In this document: positions 58,161 through 64,000 of the stretch, one piece after another
How positions within the stretch are numbered: the stretch's first letter is position 1
How the letters are laid out: each line of letters begins with the position of its first letter
Notes under the pieces: model-generated
What the model saw: only the letters and a program-made list of their open reading frames with translations
What the model was told of the DNA's origin: nothing
Database searches by the model: none
Program-made: the position numbers and the translations under genes
Assembly: GCA_900545145.1 (NCBI GenBank)
Contig: UQYE01000003.1
Span: 1,702-65,701, forward strand
Source of the DNA: an uncultured Collinsella sp.
GTDB taxonomy: Bacteria > Actinomycetota > Coriobacteriia > Coriobacteriales > Coriobacteriaceae
Length of the DNA: 64,000 nt
Reading direction: 5' to 3'

Positions 58161-58251
58161 TAAATTGTCCAAATGCGACAAAGGCTTCACATTGTGTCTC
58201 TCTCGACACCATTGCGTTATTCACTTATTCATTAAGGAGGCAGCAGCCGTT

Positions 58252-59028
58252 ATGGATGCCAAATTAACGATAGTCGACGTAACCGGATCGACCAACGATG
58301 ACCTGCTCGAAGCAGGAAAACAGGGAGCGCCGCACGGCACAGGACTTGCCGCCCGGGCTCAGACAGCAGGACGCGGCCGGCGCGGCCACAAGTGGGATTC
58401 AACCGCCGGCAACCTATTGCTTTCGATTGTCCTGCGTCCATGCGTTAATCCTGCGAAGTACTCTGGTCTTGCTGCCGTCAGCGGCCTAGCGGTGCTCGAG
58501 GCGCTCGAAAAACAGGGTCTTGCAAACGAGATTGGCCTCAAATGGCCCAACGACCTGGTCGCGCGTGGACGCAAACTCGGCGGCATTCTGGTCGAGGCCG
58601 CACGCGATAACGAAGGCAAACCTTTCGCCGTCTGTGGCATTGGTGTCAATGTGAACTATGCGCCCCAAGAGGTGCCCGATGGCGGCCTGCCGGCAATCGG
58701 TCTCTCGGACCTTAACGAGAACGTTCCAGCTGTCGACATGCTCCTCGATGAGGTCTATCACGCAGTTATAGACGCTATAGATGCCTGGGCAGAACGTCTC
58801 AACGCCATGGAAGAAAACACCGGACCGCTCGCGCCCGTCCACGGCGAATATGTCGCTCACCTCAATTGGATTGGAAAGCACGTTATCGCCCGCTCCCCTG
58901 CCGGTGACGAGCTGGCGCGAGGCATCTTTAAAACGGTCGATGGCTTTGGTCGTGCATGCATCGAAACAGAAGACGGCTTGCGATCCTTCCATTTTGAGGA
59001 AGCGTCATTGCGCCCCTTGAGTGAGTAG
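58252..59028 (+). CDS. birA: Biotin-protein ligase without N-terminal HTH
   Basis: STN, QTAGRGRRG..W, KWPND, KLGGILVE, GIGVN. Confidence 0.95.
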   Translation: MDAKLTIVDVTGSTNDDLLEAGKQGAPHGTGLAARAQTAGRGRRGHKWDSTAGNLLLSIVLRPCVNPAKYSGLAAVSGLAVLEALEKQGLANEIGLKWPNDLVARGRKLGGILVEAARDNEGKPFAVCGIGVNVNYAPQEVPDGGLPAIGLSDLNENVPAVDMLLDEVYHAVIDAIDAWAERLNAMEENTGPLAPVHGEYVAHLNWIGKHVIARSPAGDELARGIFKTVDGFGRACIETEDGLRSFHFEEASLRPLSE

Positions 59029-59087
59029 GTCGCCACAGCCAGCCGCTCGGCAGCCTTACCCGGCGATCCAAACCCATCATGCAAAAC

Positions 59088-59125
59088 AAAAGGGCCCCGC
59101 TACCGTAGCGGCAGCGGGGCCCTTT
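59088..59125. terminator. Intrinsic terminator between convergent birA and rpsJ
   Basis: AAAGGGCCCCGCT...AGCGGGGCCCTTT. Confidence 0.8.
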
Positions 59126-59144
59126 AAGCTATGAGGGATATCGC

Positions 59145-59453
59145 TTAGAGCTTGATGTCGATGTCGACGCCAGCGGGGAGGTCGAGACGCATAAGCGAAT
59201 CAACGGTGCCCGAGGTGGGGTCGAGGATGTCGATGAGGCGCTTGTGGGTGCGCATCTCGAACTGCTCACGGGAGTCCTTGTTCACGTGCGGCGAGCGGAT
59301 AACCGTGTACAGGTTGCGCTCGGTGGGCAGGGGGACAGGACCGGAAACGCGAGCGCCGGTCTTCTGAGCGGTCTCGACGATGAGCTTCGCGGACTGATCG
59401 ACGACCTCGTGATCATAGCCCTTGAGGCGAATGCGGATCTTCTGGGTAGCCAA
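59145..59453 (-). CDS. rpsJ: 30S ribosomal protein S10
   Basis: [33 protein letters not shown]. Confidence 0.98.
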   Translation of the reverse strand: MATQKIRIRLKGYDHEVVDQSAKLIVETAQKTGARVSGPVPLPTERNLYTVIRSPHVNKDSREQFEMRTHKRLIDILDPTSGTVDSLMRLDLPAGVDIDIKL

Positions 59454-59513
59454 CTTAAACCTCCAAAGAGTGCGAGAGATGCTCTCGCGGATTACGTAAC
59501 AGGGAGCTCGAAC

Positions 59514-61613
59514 TTAGGCGTTCTTGCTCATGACCTCGTCCACGATGGACTTGGGCGCGGGCTCATAAGAGTCGAACTGCATCGTGTAGGATGCACGGCC
59601 CTGGGTCTGGGAGCGAAGGTCGGTAGCGTAACCGAACATCTCGCCCAGCGGCACCTTGGCACGGATGAGCTTGCTGTTCTTGCGATCCTCCATGCCCTCG
59701 ATCTTGCCGCGGCGACCGGAGAGGTTGCCCATAACGTCGCCCATGTACTGCTCGGGGGTCTCGACCTCGACAGCCATGATCGGCTCGAGCAGCTGCGGGT
59801 CGGACTTCTTGAGGGCGTCCTTGATAGCCATGGAACCGGCGATCTTAAAGGCGGCCTCGGAGGAGTCGACCTCGTGGTAAGAACCGTCGAACAGGGTGAC
59901 CTTAACGTCGAGGACCGGGAAGCCGGCGATAACACCGGTGTTCAGGGCCTCCTGGATGCCCTTGTCGATGGACGGGATGTACTCCTTGGGCACGACGCCG
60001 CCGACGATAGCGTTGACGAACTCGTAGCCGAAGCCCTCCTCCATCTTCTCGAGCTTGATGACGGCGTGGCCGTACTGACCGCGACCACCGGACTGACGGA
60101 CGAACTTGCCCTCAGCCTTCTCGACGTCGTGACCAGCGGTCTCGCGGTAGGCAACCTGGGGCTTACCAACGTTAGCGTCAACCTTGAACTCGCGGAGCAG
60201 ACGGTCGACGATGATCTCCAGGTGCAGCTCGCCCATGCCGGCGATGATGGTCTGGCCGGTCTCGTGGTTGGTGGACACCTGGAAGGTCGGGTCCTCCTCG
60301 GCGAGCTTGGTCAGAGCCAGGGACATCTTGTCCTGCTCGGCCTTGGTCTTGGGCTCGATGGCAACGTCGATAACGGGCTTAGCGAACTCGATCTTCTCGA
60401 GGACGATCTCCTTGCCCTCGGCGCACAGGGTGTCACCGGTGGTGGAGTTCTTGAATCCGACGCAAGCGACGATGTCGCCGGCGGCAGCGTCGTCACGGTC
60501 GATACGCTCGGCGGCGTTCATCTCGAGGATGCGGCCGAGGCGCTCGCGCTGACCGTTGGAAGCGTTGACAACGTAGGAGCCGGACTCGGCGCGGCCGGAG
60601 TAAACGCGGACGTAGGTGAGCTTACCGACGAACGGGTCGGTCATGATCTTGAAGACCAGGCCGGAGAAGGGCTCGTCGAAGGAAGGATGACGCTGGATCT
60701 CCTCGCCGGTGTCCGGATCGGTACCGGTGACGGCCTCAACGTCGAGCGGGCTGGGCAGGTAGTCGACGACAGCGTCGAGCAGCTCCTGGACGCCCTTGTT
60801 CTTGTAGGCGGAGCCCACGAAGACGAGGTTGAGCTCGTTGGCCAGAACGCCCTTACGCAGAGCAGCCTTGAGCTCCTCGACGGTGAAGTCCTCCTCCATG
60901 AGGATCTTCTCCATGAGCTCGTCGTCAAAGCTGGCAGCAGCGTCGAGGAGCTCCTCGCGCTTGGTGGCAGCGATGTCGGCGAACTCAGCCGGGATCTCGT
61001 CCATCGGCTCGGGGTAGGTCATGCCCTTCTCGTCGGCCTTGAAGTCCCATGCAGTCATGGTGACCAGGTCGATGACGCCCCAGAAGTTGTCCTCGGCGCC
61101 CATCGGGACCTGAGCGGCCACGGCGTTAGCGTCGAGACGATCCTTCATGGTCTCGATAGCGTTGAAGAAGTCAGCGCCCACGCGGTCATACTTGTTGATG
61201 AAGGCGATGCGGGGAACGTTGAAGGTAGAAGCCTGACGCCAAACGGTCTCAGACTGGGGCTGAACGCCGGCAACGGCGTCGAAGACGGCGACAGCGCCAT
61301 CGAGGACGCGCAGGCAGCGCTCGACCTCGGCGGTGAAGTCAACGTGGCCCGGGGTGTCGATGATCTGGATGCGGTAGTCCTTGCCGTCCTTGTTCCAGAA
61401 GCAGGTGGTAGCAGCGGAGGTAATGGTTACGCCGCGCTCCTGCTCCTGAACCATCCAGTCCATGGTGGCAGCGCCCTCATGGACCTCACCGATCTTGTGG
61501 GTCTTACCGGTGTAGTAAAGAATACGCTCGGTCGTGGTGGTCTTACCGGCATCGATGTGGGCCATGATGCCGATGTTACGGGTATCGGAAAGCTTGTACT
61601 TAGGCTTAGCCAT
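59514..61613 (-). CDS. fusA: Elongation factor G
   Basis: [27 protein letters not shown]. Confidence 0.99.
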   Translation of the reverse strand: MAKPKYKLSDTRNIGIMAHIDAGKTTTTERILYYTGKTHKIGEVHEGAATMDWMVQEQERGVTITSAATTCFWNKDGKDYRIQIIDTPGHVDFTAEVERCLRVLDGAVAVFDAVAGVQPQSETVWRQASTFNVPRIAFINKYDRVGADFFNAIETMKDRLDANAVAAQVPMGAEDNFWGVIDLVTMTAWDFKADEKGMTYPEPMDEIPAEFADIAATKREELLDAAASFDDELMEKILMEEDFTVEELKAALRKGVLANELNLVFVGSAYKNKGVQELLDAVVDYLPSPLDVEAVTGTDPDTGEEIQRHPSFDEPFSGLVFKIMTDPFVGKLTYVRVYSGRAESGSYVVNASNGQRERLGRILEMNAAERIDRDDAAAGDIVACVGFKNSTTGDTLCAEGKEIVLEKIEFAKPVIDVAIEPKTKAEQDKMSLALTKLAEEDPTFQVSTNHETGQTIIAGMGELHLEIIVDRLLREFKVDANVGKPQVAYRETAGHDVEKAEGKFVRQSGGRGQYGHAVIKLEKMEEGFGYEFVNAIVGGVVPKEYIPSIDKGIQEALNTGVIAGFPVLDVKVTLFDGSYHEVDSSEAAFKIAGSMAIKDALKKSDPQLLEPIMAVEVETPEQYMGDVMGNLSGRRGKIEGMEDRKNSKLIRAKVPLGEMFGYATDLRSQTQGRASYTMQFDSYEPAPKSIVDEVMSKNA

Positions 61614-61632
61614 GTTAGTTCCTTACCTTAAC

Positions 61633-62106
61633 TTACCAACGATAGTGAGAGAACGCGCGGTTGGCCTCGGCCATCTTGAAGACGTCCTCACGCTTCTTGA
61701 CGGAAGCGCCCAGGCCGTTGGAGGCGTCGAGGATCTCGTTGGCGAGACGCTCGGCCATGGTCTTCTCCTTGCGAGCGCGGGAGAAGTTGACGATCCAGCG
61801 GATACCCAGAGCGGTGGAACGACGGGAGTTGACCTCCATCGGGACCTGATAGGTAGCGCCGCCGACACGCTTGGGCTTAACCTCGAGCGTGGGCTTGACG
61901 TTGTCCATAGCCTTCTTGAAGGTAGCGAGAGCGTCGCCACCCTCAGACTTCTCGGCAACGATCTCGAAAGCGGTGTAAACGATGCGCTCAGCGGTGGCCT
62001 TCTTGCCGTCAAGAAGGACCTTGTTGATGAGCTGAGTCACCAGGCGGTTGTTGTAAACGGCGTCAGGCTGAACCTCACGACGATTAGCTGCTGCACGACG
62101 CGGCAT
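61633..62106 (-). CDS. rpsG: 30S ribosomal protein S7
   Basis: [27 protein letters not shown]. Confidence 0.99.
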   Translation of the reverse strand: MPRRAAANRREVQPDAVYNNRLVTQLINKVLLDGKKATAERIVYTAFEIVAEKSEGGDALATFKKAMDNVKPTLEVKPKRVGGATYQVPMEVNSRRSTALGIRWIVNFSRARKEKTMAERLANEILDASNGLGASVKKREDVFKMAEANRAFSHYRW

Positions 62107-62179
62107 GTGAAATCTCCTTAAGTGTCTACCGTGCGGCGCTTAGGCGGCACACGGCGAAAGTATCAAAACGTTATCTGGC

Positions 62180-62557
62180 TTATTTAGCCTTGGGGCGCTT
62201 AGCACCGTACTTGGAACGGGCCTGCATACGGTTCTGGACCGGAGCAGCGTCGTAGGCGCCACGGATGACGTGATAACGGACACCAGGGAGGTCACGGACA
62301 CGACCGCCGCGGACGAGCACGATGGAGTGCTCCTGCAGGTTGTGGCCCTCACCCGGGATGTAAGCAGTAACTTCGATGCCGTTGACAAGGCGAACACGGG
62401 CAACCTTACGAAGAGCCGAGTTCGGCTTCTTGGGGCTCGTGGTGAAGACGCGGGTGCACACGCCGCGCTTCTGGGAGTTGTGCTGCAGAGCAGCGTTCTT
62501 GGACTTCTTGGGCACGGAACGACGGCCCTGGCGAACCAGCTGGTTAATAGTAGGCAA
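62180..62557 (-). CDS. rpsL: 30S ribosomal protein S12
   Basis: [35 protein letters not shown] start. Confidence 0.99.
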   Translation of the reverse strand: MPTINQLVRQGRRSVPKKSKNAALQHNSQKRGVCTRVFTTSPKKPNSALRKVARVRLVNGIEVTAYIPGEGHNLQEHSIVLVRGGRVRDLPGVRYHVIRGAYDAAPVQNRMQARSKYGAKRPKAK

Positions 62558-62793
62558 AGCGTACTCCTTCTCGAATGATTCCAGCTTTCTGTAAAGTGCA
62601 ACGGCTTGAATCGAGGGGTCAGCATCCCCCTACGAAACACGCAGTTCGATAGGATACGTGCCGTTAGCTGTGTCGTCAACAGACCACGCCGCCGGGCGTA
62701 TCCCAAAATAGCTATATTTCCGCAAAGCCTCCATAAAAGGAATCCCCGCCTGTGCGCAAGTGCCCATTCCAGCCGTCCATGTAACGCAAAAAT

Positions 62794-62820
62794 GGCCGCT
62801 TCCCCTAGTGGGAAGCGGCC
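62794..62820 (-). terminator. Intrinsic terminator
   Basis: GGCCGCTTCCC...GGGAAGCGGCC with a T-tract on the minus strand. Confidence 0.7.
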
Positions 62821-62827
62821 TCAAGTC

Positions 62828-63904
62828 TTACGAGTAGACGATGGTAAAGGGTACTTCTGTTTCGGTCTCTCCTGTTGATGTGCACCTCGTTCCCTCAAGG
62901 GTTACCGATACAACCTGATCGACATTGATGAGCCTTGCCGGAACCCAGATGTTCTCTCCGCTATTGCGCGCCATCGAAACATAGAAATTGTACGCCCCTG
63001 CGTCGTCATCTTCGATAATCTGCTCCGATCCATCCTTGTAGCTGACGGTCAGTTTATGATCAACTGCTTCATAGCCCAGATCATCGATGTGCGTCTGGAT
63101 GGAAAACGGGCTGATCTCGAGAGGCGAGTCGTCGGAGCGGAGCTCCTTTGTATCGACGTGCGCTCCGACGTTAAACTCTGGCGTCGATACCTCGATCACC
63201 TTCGCATCCTCACCTTTGCCCTCCGTCCAACTGATATTCCAGGTGACCGCATGTCGTAAATCTCGATCGCGATTCCAAGATGCAAAGTACATCGTGCCGT
63301 TAATGACCGTGTCGCTTGATGTGTCTTTATCAATGGTGCAGCGTGTATCAGCCCATTCCTCGCCGAAGTTCATGCTGGGTGTACTGACGCCCCCTTCTTC
63401 TTCACCATAGAGAACAAGTTCGCCAGTCTCTGCTGCCGGCTTGTAGTAGTTAACACCATTTGGATTGGACAACGTAAACGTCACGGCACCGCAACCGTTT
63501 TTATCGATAGCCATATCATGAATGTCGAGTGTATAGCCGTTGCCCTCGACGGACAGATTGACCTTCTGTACTGAACCCTCCAAGCTTTGGGGCGCAATGC
63601 CGTCACCAAACTCTCTGGTGTAGGTATATTTAGTCCCCGACGAGCCACCTTGAGTCCAGGTAATGGACTCTCCGTTGCCATGGTTTCCCCAGGCAGAGGC
63701 AAAATAGCTGGAATTGACGACGGCGTAGGCGACCCCTCCGGTCGCCAGCACTCCGGCAAGGCATCCGATTACGGCAACATAGAGAGGCTTCGCGTGGCCC
63801 TTTCGATGAAGCGGCTCACCCGCAGCAGCATCAATAACACGGTCGGCAAGATCGCTATCGGCTTGGATGGACTCGAAGGCCTGCTTGATTTGATTGGATT
63901 TCAC
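62828..63904 (-). CDS. Single-pass membrane protein, putative anti-sigma factor
   Basis: Short cytoplasmic N-terminus, one TM, large extracellular domain; overlaps the upstream ECF sigma gene. Confidence 0.7.
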   Translation of the reverse strand: MKSNQIKQAFESIQADSDLADRVIDAAAGEPLHRKGHAKPLYVAVIGCLAGVLATGGVAYAVVNSSYFASAWGNHGNGESITWTQGGSSGTKYTYTREFGDGIAPQSLEGSVQKVNLSVEGNGYTLDIHDMAIDKNGCGAVTFTLSNPNGVNYYKPAAETGELVLYGEEEGGVSTPSMNFGEEWADTRCTIDKDTSSDTVINGTMYFASWNRDRDLRHAVTWNISWTEGKGEDAKVIEVSTPEFNVGAHVDTKELRSDDSPLEISPFSIQTHIDDLGYEAVDHKLTVSYKDGSEQIIEDDDAGAYNFYVSMARNSGENIWVPARLINVDQVVSVTLEGTRCTSTGETETEVPFTIVYS

Positions 63905-64000
63905 GGTCGCCCTCCTCTAGGATGAATTTGAGCTTCGATCTACCGCGAGCTAAACGCGTTCGAACGGTCGCGGCTGGCACATGCAGTAACTCGGCAATCT
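63855..64000 (-). CDS. ECF sigma factor, C-terminal region 4 (partial)
   Basis: Manual translation IAELLHVPAATVRTRLARGRSKLK. Confidence 0.8.
   Translation of the reverse strand, partial: IAELLHVPAATVRTRLARGRSKLKFILEEGDREIQSNQAGLRVHPSR

Noticed and set aside
35717..61631. Long antisense ORFs (35717-37438 -, 48810-50222 +, 53015-54232 +, 59244-61631 +)
   Set aside because: Shadow frames of purH, accDA, fabF and fusA caused by high-GC codon bias.

Overview
High-GC actinobacterial chromosome segment. Gene content and sequence style suggest Coriobacteriia, probably Collinsella-like; this is inference. Bases 1 to about 30.9 kb are the right part of an integrative/conjugative element or genomic island. 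It carries a VirD4-like coupling protein without a membrane anchor, an extra ClpP, a decayed tandem duplication with HNH remnants, HTH regulators, an AT-rich operon (two adenine MTases + unknown ORF + McrB + McrC), a sortase-anchored CAP-domain coiled-coil surface protein and three tandem metallophosphoesterases. The most notable locus is a translationally coupled pair: an SF2 helicase/PD-(D/E)xK nuclease (about 1316 aa) and a divergent Argonaute-like protein (631 aa), with the architecture of a DdmDE-type anti-plasmid system. From about 30.9 kb to 64 kb the window looks like core genome: gluQ, DUF2207, GNAT, purH, a BceRS-like TCS, usp, uppP, pcrA, a CDF transporter, PTS EIIC, a complete acc/fab cluster with birA, rpsL-rpsG-fusA-rpsJ without tuf, and an ECF sigma/anti-sigma pair. 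Several palindromic intergenic repeats and one candidate sRNA are present. No tRNA, rRNA, CRISPR array or integrase was recognised. All family calls come from motif recognition by eye; no database search was run.
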